Below, one piece after another: positions 37,582-47,072 of a stretch of 64,000 nt of DNA. This DNA comes from a virus. The notes beneath the pieces are model-generated. The model was not told where the DNA came from. It saw only the letters and a list, made by a program, of their open reading frames with translations, and did no database searches. The position numbers were made by a program, and so were the translations under genes. Every line of letters begins with the position of its first letter. The first letter of the stretch is position 1. The DNA lies in IMG/VR virus record IMGVR_UViG_3300037069_001724, positions 7,521 to 71,520 of that record, one strand, 5' to 3'.

Positions 37582-37728
37582 TTACTGCGGAGCGGCGACA
37601 CGAACGAAGTGATGGTCGCGATCCTTGGTCAGCGCGTCGACCTGATCCTTATCAGTGACGAGCTGCCCCTTGGTGAAGTCACCGAGGGTCGGATGGGTGA
37701 AAGGATGGACACAGACTAGGTGAAACAT
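37582..37728 (-). CDS. small protein upstream of sheath
   Basis: MFHLVCVHPF..., 48 aa, GAGGAG RBS. Confidence 0.6.
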   Translation of the reverse strand: MFHLVCVHPFTHPTLGDFTKGQLVTDKDQVDALTKDRDHHFVRVAAPQ

Positions 37729-37739
37729 GGCGGTCTCCT

Positions 37740-38618
37740 CTAAGTTATTGCTGGAACTGTGTTGCTGTTGATGAAATTCGCGATCGAGACGTTGGCCGAG
37801 GTGATCACGTAGCCCGGGAACTCCCAGACGGTGGCGTACTCCACGTCGTATATCAGGTCGCGTCGGTATATGGTGGCGACCTGCTTCTCGTCCGACACGT
37901 TCGTTCGGTTGTAGCACACGATGGCCTGACTGGTGTCCGGCATCGAGACGCGGATCTGCTGCTTCAGCACGTTGTCGATGGTCTTGGCGACCAGCGTCCG
38001 CAGCGCCTGCGTCGGCGCCCAGACCGAGATCATGATGGACTGCTTCTCGCGATGCGTGACCTTGCCCAGAGTACCGACTGCGCCCTGCCGCACTGTCAGC
38101 GCGAACCCGAACGGTATCGTCAGCGTCGTGGCGGTGCTGCTCGCGCCGGGATACTGAGCCTGAGCATCTGTCGCGAGCGCCGCTAGAATGGCGGCGGTGT
38201 TGGCGCCGCTGCGCGAGTACACGTTCTCGCGGTCGGCGATGATAGTTAGGTACTCCCCAGATGTCGGCTGTCCGGTCACCGTGATCACGTCGCCGGCTAT
38301 CGCGAATGCCATGCCGTAGGACGGAGGCACGATGACGAACGTGTCGTCCTGTATCTGGTGCTGACTCGGCGTGGACCCGAGCATCGGGAATATCGAGACG
38401 TTCACGACCGAGCCGCCGGGACGCGTGACTGGCACCGACGGCACTGTGGCGGACATCATCTGCCCCGCCATGTCGAGGTCTAGCTCGGCCGCGACCGGCC
38501 ATCCCTCGTACAGTCGAATGTCGCACGCTGCGATGGACGGCTGCGACGTGCCGCTGGGATAGACGGCGCTGGTGGCGGACGCCAGCAGAAACGCCGTGAC
38601 GTCACTGATGTCAGCCAC
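37740..38618 (-). CDS. tail terminator/completion protein
   Basis: MADISDV, RLYEGWP, YRRDLIYDVEYAT. Confidence 0.75.
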   Translation of the reverse strand: MADISDVTAFLLASATSAVYPSGTSQPSIAACDIRLYEGWPVAAELDLDMAGQMMSATVPSVPVTRPGGSVVNVSIFPMLGSTPSQHQIQDDTFVIVPPSYGMAFAIAGDVITVTGQPTSGEYLTIIADRENVYSRSGANTAAILAALATDAQAQYPGASSTATTLTIPFGFALTVRQGAVGTLGKVTHREKQSIMISVWAPTQALRTLVAKTIDNVLKQQIRVSMPDTSQAIVCYNRTNVSDEKQVATIYRRDLIYDVEYATVWEFPGYVITSANVSIANFINSNTVPAIT

Positions 38619-38891
38619 CTAGATCACCGCGCAGGTCAGCGTTACGGTCTCGACCAGAATGTCTCCTGCGGCGGTCATCACTGTGTTGGTGAGAACGTAT
38701 ATATTGTTCGGTGTTCCGGTGGAAAGCCACACCTCCGTCATGTTTGTCGTGTGTCCGGTGTTCGACATGGTGAGGGATGGATCAGAGCTGGACCACGTGG
38801 ACGACACAATCGTGTCGCTGCCGAGCCTGGGACCCCAGAGTATCTGGTAGTTCTTCAGCTCGGTGGGTCCAAGTGGAGGCCATGTCAGCAT
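38619..38891 (-). CDS. small virion adaptor-like protein
   Basis: DTIVSSTW, VWLSTG...Y.LTNTV.TA.G. Confidence 0.65.
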   Translation of the reverse strand: MLTWPPLGPTELKNYQILWGPRLGSDTIVSSTWSSSDPSLTMSNTGHTTNMTEVWLSTGTPNNIYVLTNTVMTAAGDILVETVTLTCAVI

Positions 38892-38898
38892 CTCGTCC

Positions 38899-41061
38899 TC
38901 ACGTGTCTGGGTTCGCGTCGGCGGTCAGTGGCACAATCGTGTCTGCAGCTCTCTCCTCAGCAAGTGTCTGCGTCAGGGTGAGAACCTGTTTCGTGGATAC
39001 TGAGTTTGGAGGCACAGAGGCGACTACACTCCTGTTGAAGAACTTTGTCATCGCGAAGCGTGGACTCGCCTGATAGATGCGTGTCGACGCGCGCGCGGAC
39101 ACTTTCGCGATTGCACTGCCCGCCACCGACAAAAACGGCAGCACCGCCACGATGCTGGCGCCGGCCTGCCCCGCCGCTCTCGAGGCCGCCGCAAGCCGCA
39201 CCACCAAGGCGCCAAATGACGCCCTGGAGGTCGCAGCGGCCCTTGAAGCACCACTTAAGACCGCTTTTGCCAGCAGCCCGGCCTTCCCCCGTCCGCCAGC
39301 GCGTCCGCTGGAGGCCAAGGCCGCAAACCACCCCCCGCCCGCCCGGCTCACCACGGAGGCCCTGGAGGCCGCCAGCAGTGCCATCACAGCCACTAGCCGG
39401 GGGGCCGCCCTGAGCGATGCAGCAGCGCGTCCCGCGAGTGGGGTCGTGCCGGCCACGCCGCCGCGCAGAAAGATGCGCACGGCGCCCGCCGCGAGCAGTG
39501 CGACAGCGCCGGGCTGAACCATCTTGGCGAACACCGCCGCGCGGGACGCGCCGGAGAGAGAAGCGCGACCCGCAGCGACAGCGCCCGCCCGCGCCGCCGC
39601 GAGCGAGCTCGAGAGCAGGCGAACCGACAAAAGGGCCGAGGAGACGCGTCCCGTCGCCGTCGCGACCGACTGCGTTTGCATCACAGCCCTGAACACGCCT
39701 CCGGCCGCTGCTCTGCTCGTAGCCAGAGCGCGACCAAATAGAAACACCGACGGCAGCACGGCGCCGCGAGCGAACGTTTTGACGAAGCCAGACGCGCCGG
39801 TGAGCGCGAGCGCGCCGGTTATCGTGTCCTTGCCGAATGTCGCGGCGCGCGACACTGCCGCCAGCGCCACTCGCCCCGACTCTGTCGCGCGTCCGTACGC
39901 CTGACCTATGGTGCGCGCGGCGAGATTGCCAGTCCACGTGCCACCAGCGCGCGACGCGGAGGTCGACTCGGCGGAGCTGCTCAGCGGTGCCCTGCCGGAG
40001 AAGCCGCTCCTGGCGAGCGTCGCGCCGAGAGCACTGGCCAGAAGTGCGATCGTCGACGGCGCTGCGATGCTCGCCGGTGGCAGCATCGGTCGAAAGGTCG
40101 GTCCGGTGCGACGCGCACGCGCGAACAGGAGTGTCGCGATCAGGGACACGCCCGGCGTATAAGAAATGCGAATGATGCCCGCGCCGCCTGCGGCGAACTG
40201 CGTGTCGGCAAAACCGGCCGAACCAGCGCCGCCGCCGCCGTACAGACCACCGGCGCCGGGAACGCCTCCGGTTCCCGAGCCGCCAGCGGCACCGGGTCCG
40301 GCGCCGCCGCCGCCCGCTCCGTGCGAGAGGTCCCAATCGGTGCCGGGACCACCGGCGCCACCGGCAAACGAACTTCCGGTCGAGGAAAAAGCGCCGCCAC
40401 CACCGCCACCGCCGACCGTGCCGACTGATCCATTGGCCGCCGTGCCGCCAGCGCCGCCGCCGGAACCGGCCGCGTTGTTACCGCCAGCGCCGCCGATCGT
40501 TGCAGAATTGCTGCCCGCCGCTCCGATCGTCCCGCTGCCGCCGCCACCAGCACCGCCGCCGCCGCCGCCACCACCGGCCGCGCTATTGGCGCCCGCGCCG
40601 CCGTTGCCCTGCGGCCCCGCCGCGCCGCCGCCGCTGTTGCCGCCCGACTGCTGATTGGACCAAGTCGCCGCAGCGCCGCCAGTGTGCAGCGTCGAGCCGT
40701 TGACGCCCGCGCCGCCCGCGCCGCCCGAACCACCGGATGCAGGGCCAGCGCCACCTGTCGCGCTGACCGACGAGTTGCCGAGCGTGACGGCGGTGCCGTT
40801 GAACCACGTCGCGCCGCCCGCGCTCGCTGTGGCCGTCGCGCCGGCGCCGACCGCGTAGGCGACCGGAAACGTGACTGTGAGCGCCGTTGTCTTCGCGTAG
40901 CCGCCGCCAGAACCGCCGCCGCCCTGCGCTTGCGGGTTGGCATTCGACTCCTGACCAGAGCCGCCGCCGCCGATGACCTCGACCGTGTCGAGCAGACCGC
41001 CGTTAGTGTCGCCGGGATTAGCCCAAGACGTTCCGGATAGTAGATAGACGATCGTTGACAT
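38899..41061 (-). CDS. glycine-rich fibre-like virion protein with ~20-aa Ala-rich repeats
   Basis: VEVIGGGG..GGGGYAK, long GGxGG tracts, GGAGIIRISY, then periodic L.x.S.A repeats. Confidence 0.7.
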   Translation of the reverse strand: MSTIVYLLSGTSWANPGDTNGGLLDTVEVIGGGGSGQESNANPQAQGGGGSGGGYAKTTALTVTFPVAYAVGAGATATASAGGATWFNGTAVTLGNSSVSATGGAGPASGGSGGAGGAGVNGSTLHTGGAAATWSNQQSGGNSGGGAAGPQGNGGAGANSAAGGGGGGGGAGGGGSGTIGAAGSNSATIGGAGGNNAAGSGGGAGGTAANGSVGTVGGGGGGGAFSSTGSSFAGGAGGPGTDWDLSHGAGGGGAGPGAAGGSGTGGVPGAGGLYGGGGAGSAGFADTQFAAGGAGIIRISYTPGVSLIATLLFARARRTGPTFRPMLPPASIAAPSTIALLASALGATLARSGFSGRAPLSSSAESTSASRAGGTWTGNLAARTIGQAYGRATESGRVALAAVSRAATFGKDTITGALALTGASGFVKTFARGAVLPSVFLFGRALATSRAAAGGVFRAVMQTQSVATATGRVSSALLSVRLLSSSLAAARAGAVAAGRASLSGASRAAVFAKMVQPGAVALLAAGAVRIFLRGGVAGTTPLAGRAAASLRAAPRLVAVMALLAASRASVVSRAGGGWFAALASSGRAGGRGKAGLLAKAVLSGASRAAATSRASFGALVVRLAAASRAAGQAGASIVAVLPFLSVAGSAIAKVSARASTRIYQASPRFAMTKFFNRSVVASVPPNSVSTKQVLTLTQTLAEERAADTIVPLTADANPDT

Positions 41062-41495
41062 CAGGCGACCGACGGACGAGTAAACCCGCCGTTCGCGTAG
41101 ACATCGCCGACCACGGCGTCGGCATTATTGACGAGCAGTTTGCCCGGCAGACTATCGATGCTGTCGTCGGCGCGAATGACATTCTCGACCACGCCGGTCG
41201 CGAGATCGATCACGGCGCAGTGCGCGCTGGGATCGTCGTGTTGGACCGCATTGACACCGTGCAGGGCCACGATGGCTGCGTTGATCGCTCCGTGAAAGCG
41301 ATCGTGGCCGGCGTGGTGATGTTCGAGGTCGATCATGACCATGCCCTCGCCCGGAAGCAGCCATCCCGGATGGTTCAGCTCTGCATCGTCGCGAAGCGCG
41401 TGACCAGCCGCGTCACTCGGATCAACCAAATAGATGTGACGACGGATATGCTTCTTGCCTAGTGAGTAGACGACTCCCATCTTGGTGACCGGCAT
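41061..41495 (-). CDS. hypothetical virion-associated protein
   Basis: MPVTKMG..., CAVID..TGVVENVIRAD; GGTGG RBS. Confidence 0.55.
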   Translation of the reverse strand: MPVTKMGVVYSLGKKHIRRHIYLVDPSDAAGHALRDDAELNHPGWLLPGEGMVMIDLEHHHAGHDRFHGAINAAIVALHGVNAVQHDDPSAHCAVIDLATGVVENVIRADDSIDSLPGKLLVNNADAVVGDVYANGGFTRPSVA

Positions 41496-41506
41496 GATAT
41501 TCCACC

Positions 41507-42061
41507 TTAGTTCATCGCCTCGAACATGTACTCGTGAACCTGCATGGTCTCGGCAGTCGAACCCGATCGCTTGTACTGCACGCTGATGACGTTCGCCACC
41601 GTGAGATCGACGGTAACAGCGGCGGGAGCCGAGGCCGGAACCATGACTGGTTGCAACGTGGACGCGATGACACCGACGTTGGCGTTCAGCATTCCGGTGC
41701 AGAACAGACTGCCGGACGAGCCCATCGCGCGACAGCGAATGAACAGGTCGAGCTCCCAAGACAAGCTGGTCTGACTCGCCGTCAACGCCACCGCCGCCGA
41801 CGAGGCGATGATGGTGCCATTCGCGTCGGCGCCACTGCCCCAATAGACATCCAGCGTGCCGTTTCCGGGTGTCGCGCCAGTCGTGATGCGCCCGAATACG
41901 CGAATTCGAACGTTCTTGCCGACCCATCCGAAGTAGTTCGATCCCAGGATGGGCAGGTTCGCGATCGGCAGCAGTGCCTTGTCGGTGGTCGACAGGGTGA
42001 CCGCGGCCACGTCCGCCGCGAGAAACGGCGCGCGGCTGTCTACGTAGAATTGACCGTCCAT
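41507..42061 (-). CDS. hypothetical beta-rich virion protein
   Basis: 184 aa, GAGGAG RBS. Confidence 0.6.
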   Translation of the reverse strand: MDGQFYVDSRAPFLAADVAAVTLSTTDKALLPIANLPILGSNYFGWVGKNVRIRVFGRITTGATPGNGTLDVYWGSGADANGTIIASSAAVALTASQTSLSWELDLFIRCRAMGSSGSLFCTGMLNANVGVIASTLQPVMVPASAPAAVTVDLTVANVISVQYKRSGSTAETMQVHEYMFEAMN

Positions 42062-42071
42062 GGAGTGCTCC

Positions 42072-42929
42072 TCACGCCGCCGTCAGGGTGATTGTGTTTG
42101 CCGCGAACGAGGCGGTGACACCGGATGGAATGGACTGCTCGGTCACCTGACGGATCATGCCGTTGCCGGTGGCCGACGTGTTGACTCCGGTGACGTCAAG
42201 TGTGTCGGTAGCAACACCGGCCGCCGTGAGAATGCCGGTGAAGTTGCCAGCCGAGAACGTCGGAGCGGTGCCGCCGAACTCCGTCGAGAACACGAAGAAG
42301 CCGCCGTTCGCGATGCCGTGCGCGTGCGCCGTGATGACGCCGGGCGAGGCAGAGGAGACCGTGGCCGGCATCCACTGGAAGGCGCCCATGTAGTCCCACA
42401 TGAGGAGATTGCCGGCGGTGACCGCGTCGTACAGACCGAACGCGACCACGGTTCCCCACGACGCGGTGGCGGCCGGAAACGTGATAGCGGCGGCGTTGAG
42501 CGTACTCGCGGGTCCGGTGCCGCTGGCCTGCGGCCACGCGCTGAACGTCAGGTTGTCCGTTCCGCCGCTGTTCGCGTGCGCGGCGTTCGCGTTCAGCACG
42601 AGCGCGGTGCCGGAGTAGCTCAGCACCGTGCCGAGGAAGAAACCGACGGTGGTGTCGAACACCGACATGCCGGGCTGGACCCATCCCGGATTGCTGACAC
42701 CCATCGTGATGTTCGGTGTCGCCGTGGTCCAGGTGCCTCCGGCCGCGAGGTTGCCGGCCACCTGAACGCGAGCGTACGATCCGCCGCTGACCTCGGTGAA
42801 GCCGGTGCCGGCGTCGGTACCGACCGCAGTGAACAGCGCGAGCCAGACCGACGGCAGAGCCGGCTCCGGGTCCTGTCCGGTCAGCCAGTCGAGTAAATTG
42901 AAAGCAGAGTAGTTGGTGAGACCGGTCAT
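42072..42929 (-). CDS. neck/tail fibre-associated protein
   Basis: WLALFTA...TEVSGGSYARV, ITFPAATASWGTV..GLYDA.TAGNLL. Confidence 0.7.
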   Translation of the reverse strand: MTGLTNYSAFNLLDWLTGQDPEPALPSVWLALFTAVGTDAGTGFTEVSGGSYARVQVAGNLAAGGTWTTATPNITMGVSNPGWVQPGMSVFDTTVGFFLGTVLSYSGTALVLNANAAHANSGGTDNLTFSAWPQASGTGPASTLNAAAITFPAATASWGTVVAFGLYDAVTAGNLLMWDYMGAFQWMPATVSSASPGVITAHAHGIANGGFFVFSTEFGGTAPTFSAGNFTGILTAAGVATDTLDVTGVNTSATGNGMIRQVTEQSIPSGVTASFAANTITLTAA

Positions 42930-42951
42930 TCCCTATCTCCTGGAGTGTGGT

Positions 42952-43371
42952 TCACGCCTCTAGGCGCACTGAGTAGAGCTGATATCCAAAGGTCGTCCAG
43001 AACGCGGCGCCGACCTGATAGCGATAGTTCTCGTCGTCCGTGATGACGTCCCTGTCGCGTATGCCGTACTGCGGGACTGCCGAGCCAGGAATGAATATCT
43101 GCCAGATCGGCTTGTCGATGATGTCTGCCGGCAGGTTCGTGTTCTTGGTGCGCCCGGCGGACTTGCTCTGAATGTCGGCCGGAATTCCCGAGTATAGTGT
43201 CGCATAACCATTACTCGACGAGTCGAGTTGAGCACCGGAGTACCCGACATTCCCGATCTGATCATCGGCGGCGCCGGCCACCGTGTTGAGACGAGTGATC
43301 GTGACGACGCGTTGATATGTTTCAGTGATCCACGGCGCTTGGTTCGCTGTGATCTCCCACGGTGCAGTCAT
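42952..43371 (-). CDS. head closure / head-tail joining protein
   Basis: IRDRDVITDD..YRY; position after connector. Confidence 0.65.
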   Translation of the reverse strand: MTAPWEITANQAPWITETYQRVVTITRLNTVAGAADDQIGNVGYSGAQLDSSSNGYATLYSGIPADIQSKSAGRTKNTNLPADIIDKPIWQIFIPGSAVPQYGIRDRDVITDDENYRYQVGAAFWTTFGYQLYSVRLEA

Positions 43372-43838
43372 GGATTTGGAGTTCCGTTTCCTGCGAAAGT
43401 CTCGAGCGTTTCGTTGGCGCCGGCAGGCTCAGGCAGATAGTTGTCGTCCATACCGACGGTGAACTGCGGCTGCATTCGATCGGAGTTGACCTCCTGGAGC
43501 AGAACGTCGCTGGCGCTGATGCCCCCTGCGTAGACCACCGCAGTTAGAATGCCGGCCTTCTCCTCGAACTGAGCAGCCTTGGTGTTGTACGCCTTGGCCA
43601 TCTGCGAGAACGAGAACTTGGACTGACCGGACTGCTGATCCACCGAGCGAGAGAACTTGGACGCCATCGCGCGACATGCGTCGGCGGCGGCACCGTACAG
43701 TGTTCCGCGGTTCGTGACGAAGTAGTTGATCTCCTCGTCCTGTAGCTGCGGATCAGACGACAGCACGTCCCCGATGAGGAGACGCACCGTGTCCTTTGCC
43801 TGCTTGCCCAGAAGATTTGGAAAGTATGACCACGTCAT
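43368..43838 (-). CDS. head-tail connector protein
   Basis: MTWSY, DTVRLLIGD, LQDEEI. Confidence 0.75.
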   Translation of the reverse strand: MTWSYFPNLLGKQAKDTVRLLIGDVLSSDPQLQDEEINYFVTNRGTLYGAAADACRAMASKFSRSVDQQSGQSKFSFSQMAKAYNTKAAQFEEKAGILTAVVYAGGISASDVLLQEVNSDRMQPQFTVGMDDNYLPEPAGANETLETFAGNGTPNP

Positions 43839-44317
43839 TGCAGTGTGATCCCAGTTCCAATTGCGTCAACGCGAAGCACGGTTCCGCCGGCGTAGGTTCC
43901 GACGGTGACCCACTTGACGCGCAGCAGATTACCGATGACTCCGTCCTTCGCGGTGTTGGCCGCTATGGAGCCGTCCGTCGGCGTGTACTCGGTGGTGACA
44001 GGGGTCAGCGACGACAGATTGTACGTGAACCGAGCCGACGCCAGCAGGAAGTGGAAGTTGGCGACGTCGATCCAGGTAGTTCCGCCGTCCAGGGATGTCT
44101 GCACGTAGGCATCGGCACTCGTGCCTCCGCTGCCGTAGGTGAAAGTTCCCTGGAGCTGAATATTCAGTCCGGCCACCCCCGGCCCGCTCCTGAGCTGGAA
44201 CACCTGAGCGGGGGTGAGCGCGACTGCGTTGGTGACAGTGACGTTGAGTAGCGCCGCCGCGTCCGCCGGGACGCACAGTCCCAGCGTTAGCATGAGCGCG
44301 ATTAGAAGCTGGCGCAT
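43835..44317 (-). CDS. beta-sandwich protein with signal-peptide-like N-terminus
   Basis: VQTSLDGGTTWIDVA, LRVKW; N-terminal LLIALMLTLGLCVPADA. Confidence 0.6.
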   Translation of the reverse strand: MRQLLIALMLTLGLCVPADAAALLNVTVTNAVALTPAQVFQLRSGPGVAGLNIQLQGTFTYGSGGTSADAYVQTSLDGGTTWIDVANFHFLLASARFTYNLSSLTPVTTEYTPTDGSIAANTAKDGVIGNLLRVKWVTVGTYAGGTVLRVDAIGTGITLQ

Positions 44318-44344
44318 GGCTGATGTTCCTCTCGTTGCTAGATA

Positions 44345-44737
44345 CTACGCGCTCAGCAGCATGTGCCACGCGCCGACGAGCGTGGTGTAGAAGGTCGCGG
44401 TCTTGCCGGCCGGCACCGCGACAGCGGCATTCGCGCCACCGCCGTTGATGGTTGAGCCGGAGTCCGGGAACACGTTCATGCTGGCGGCGCCGGCGTTGAT
44501 GACCGTGATCTCCGCGCCCGCGATGGCGAGCTTCGGCAGAATGCTGCTGTCCGCGATGGTGGCGACGGTGGTGAACCGATTGACCATGGCGGTGATGGGA
44601 GTGGCCGAGCCCTGCCCGCCGCCCGCGTGCGCGGTGAGTCCCTCCGACACCGAGCCGAAGAACTGCCCGCCGACGGACATCTGGATGATGGCGGCGCTGA
44701 TCTTGCCCTTGAAACGCTGCATGAAGCCTGTAGCCAT
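44345..44737 (-). CDS. capsid decoration-like protein
   Basis: TAHAGGGQ..AT, VINAGAASMNVFP..G.TING. Confidence 0.6.
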   Translation of the reverse strand: MATGFMQRFKGKISAAIIQMSVGGQFFGSVSEGLTAHAGGGQGSATPITAMVNRFTTVATIADSSILPKLAIAGAEITVINAGAASMNVFPDSGSTINGGGANAAVAVPAGKTATFYTTLVGAWHMLLSA

Positions 44738-44791
44738 GACGTATGCTCCTTATCCGTTTGTGATTGGTTTTAATTCTGTGGACTTGGACTT

Positions 44792-45103
44792 CTACTGTTC
44801 GCCTCGCACCAGCTTGGTGGCCTCCTCCCGCGACAGGGGCTCGGTGTTCAGCATTCGGCCCTCGATCACGTTGTACTTGTTCTTCTCGGTGCTCATCAGG
44901 AACCGCTCCACCGGCCCTGCCGGCGCCGCCTTCGGGATGATCTCGAGCTGGTGATTGTCCACCAGCGCGCGGCGGTTCACCAGATTGATCTTCCGAACCT
45001 CCTCCGGGGACAGGATCTCGCCGCTCAGGACTCGGCGGTCGCCGATCGTGAAGGTTCGCAGAACTCTGGCACCACCGCCGAGCAAATCCGCAGTCTGTAG
45101 CAT
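44792..45103 (-). CDS. hypothetical head-region protein
   Basis: 103 aa, CAGGAG RBS. Confidence 0.55.
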   Translation of the reverse strand: MLQTADLLGGGARVLRTFTIGDRRVLSGEILSPEEVRKINLVNRRALVDNHQLEIIPKAAPAGPVERFLMSTEKNKYNVIEGRMLNTEPLSREEATKLVRGEQ

Positions 45104-45183
45104 TGTCTTTCTCCTGTGAGAGTATGAGGAGCAGGACGCTGAGGCACGCCACGACGACGAGCGCCGCGATGCCGGACGTCAGC

Positions 45184-45447
45184 TCAAGGTTGTTCAGCAA
45201 CGCCTGTCGAAGGCTCCGTCGCCGCCTCACGGTCGTACTCCCCGCACCAGCCGCTCGACTGAGTTCCGGGGAAGGTGGCCGTGAACACCGGCCGAGGCTG
45301 TCCCGGATTTAGAACGGGACCGTTGTCGCCAAAGCCGAGCATGATCGGTGTTGGTGGATATCTTCGACATGCGTTCGTTCCGTGCATGTGAAAGCGGCAC
45401 GAGCCGCAGGACTCTTGGTTTCCTAACAAGTTTCCCAGATCGAACAT
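45184..45447 (-). CDS. small Cys-rich protein (CxxC...CRRYPP...WCGE)
   Basis: MFDLGNLL..., 87 aa. Confidence 0.55.
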   Translation of the reverse strand: MFDLGNLLGNQESCGSCRFHMHGTNACRRYPPTPIMLGFGDNGPVLNPGQPRPVFTATFPGTQSSGWCGEYDREAATEPSTGVAEQP

Positions 45448-45478
45448 CGGATGTATCCTACTGCACTGCGGAAAGGGA

Positions 45479-45515
45479 CGAGGGCGCCGCACCGGGGGTC
45501 TGAGCGGCGCCCTCG
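45479..45515 (-). terminator. hairpin downstream of major capsid gene
   Basis: 12-bp stem CGAGGGCGCCGC/GCGGCGCCCTCG with weak U-tract. Confidence 0.5.
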
Positions 45516-45529
45516 CTTGTCTAGTCGAC

Positions 45530-46543
45530 TTACTGAACGATGCCGCTCCAGTGAACGGCGAGGTCAGAGCCAACGACCTGCATGTCGAACGCCATCTCGG
45601 CCTCCGTGCGCACGGTCTCGAGGCCGAGCCACGGCATCGGGATCTGAGCGACGCGAACGCCCATGGTGTTGATGCCCGTGAGGCCGGCCCACGCGAACGT
45701 ATAGCCTGCGGTCGGGATCATCAGACCAGGAGCGGGCGCCGCGTGGCAGAGGATAGCGTCCTTGCTCGCAACGAACGAGTAGGTGCCGGCGTTGCCGGTG
45801 ACGTTGGTGGACTCGGCAGCGGAGTTGTAGACCGCCTTGGACACGATGACGCGCTCGACGTCGAACGCCGCCGCCAGAAGCTCCGGCGTGATCTTCGACG
45901 CGTCCGCGCGCGTGGTGTACTTGATGCGGTCGATCACCAGCGGATGCTTGCGCAGCGCCTGATACACCGGGAACGCGATCAACAGGGTGTTGGCCTCGTA
46001 GCCGGTGTTCTGGAGAATGAACGTCTGCGCGTTGGCGATGTCCGTGAAGGGATCGCCGTTCGCGTCGTCGTTCCAGAATGACGGAGTGGTGCCGCCCGGA
46101 GCGCCATTCGCGGTGCCCGTGCAGTCCTCGGACCACACGCCGTTCACCATGAACTTCTGCATGAAGAACCGATCCCTGCGGATCAGCATCTTCTGCATGA
46201 CGTACTTGGTGGTGGCGACGTCCATGTTGACCGCCGGATCGGCGTTGCGCCGGGTCTGGCCGCCGAGGTCCTTGTGATAGGCCCAGACGTCGGCGGAGTA
46301 CGAACCGTTGGAGTTCAGCTCGAACCCGCCGCCTGCGGACTCGACGCCGTCAGCACGGCGAGTTGCCTCGTCGCGCAGAAAGTCGTCCTTCGAGAACTGG
46401 AAGAACTTGTCGGCCTGGAACTCGACGGGGACACAGGGAAACACCTGCTCCGCGACGTAGTTACGCTGGTCCTGGAGGTACGCGGTGGCGATCTGAGTGA
46501 GCGCCGCCTGTACGTGGACCTGCATGAGTGTCGGCTGTGGCAT
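45530..46543 (-). CDS. major capsid protein
   Basis: LTQIATAYLQD...VAEQVFP.VPV, LRKHPLVIDRIKY, PTAGYTFAW; strong RBS. Confidence 0.9.
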   Translation of the reverse strand: MPQPTLMQVHVQAALTQIATAYLQDQRNYVAEQVFPCVPVEFQADKFFQFSKDDFLRDEATRRADGVESAGGGFELNSNGSYSADVWAYHKDLGGQTRRNADPAVNMDVATTKYVMQKMLIRRDRFFMQKFMVNGVWSEDCTGTANGAPGGTTPSFWNDDANGDPFTDIANAQTFILQNTGYEANTLLIAFPVYQALRKHPLVIDRIKYTTRADASKITPELLAAAFDVERVIVSKAVYNSAAESTNVTGNAGTYSFVASKDAILCHAAPAPGLMIPTAGYTFAWAGLTGINTMGVRVAQIPMPWLGLETVRTEAEMAFDMQVVGSDLAVHWSGIVQ

Positions 46544-46601
46544 TGGATTTATCTCCTTTCAATGCCGGGTTTGAAATCAACAGCAGGAACGAACGGCGCT
46601 G

Positions 46602-47027
46602 TTACGTCACGACCTTGTAGTTCGGATTGTAGATGTTGCCACTGAAGACTTGGTTCGCAGCGGCGACGGTCTCGAGTGCCTGACCGACCTTGAAGTTGCC
46701 GGATCCGGCGGCCCACGTGACGAACCGACCGGAGGCGTCGATCATGAGCTCGGCGCCAGCGGCGATGGCGGCACCGGCCACCATCTTGCTGACTCCGTTC
46801 AGGCCGACGTCGGCCGCCTCGTTGAGCGCGGCGGGCTGGTTCTGCAGTACGCCGTACATCTGGCCACCGGCAGAGGTCTGCACGCCGATCTGGCGCGAGG
46901 CGGTGATCACCACCGCGAGGAACTGGCCGGACCCGCCGACGCCCGCGAGGGCGCTTCCCGGGTTGTAGAGGTTCGCGTTGGCGACCATCTGGCCGCCGTC
47001 GCGCTGGAGTGGAGAGTCGAGTGCCAT
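46602..47027 (-). CDS. capsid cement/decoration protein (DUF2190-like)
   Basis: GVLQNQP, GVSKMVAGAAIAAGAELM.DASG, GQALE. Confidence 0.75.
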   Translation of the reverse strand: MALDSPLQRDGGQMVANANLYNPGSALAGVGGSGQFLAVVITASRQIGVQTSAGGQMYGVLQNQPAALNEAADVGLNGVSKMVAGAAIAAGAELMIDASGRFVTWAAGSGNFKVGQALETVAAANQVFSGNIYNPNYKVVT

Positions 47028-47072
47028 GTGAATGGCTCCTTGTGTCTAGGGGTTTCGTGGACTGGAGGAGGC

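Noticed and set aside
40166-41040. GCC/CCG-rich tandem DNA repeats and a Pro-rich plus-strand ORF
   Set aside because: Simply the codons of the Gly-rich minus-strand protein
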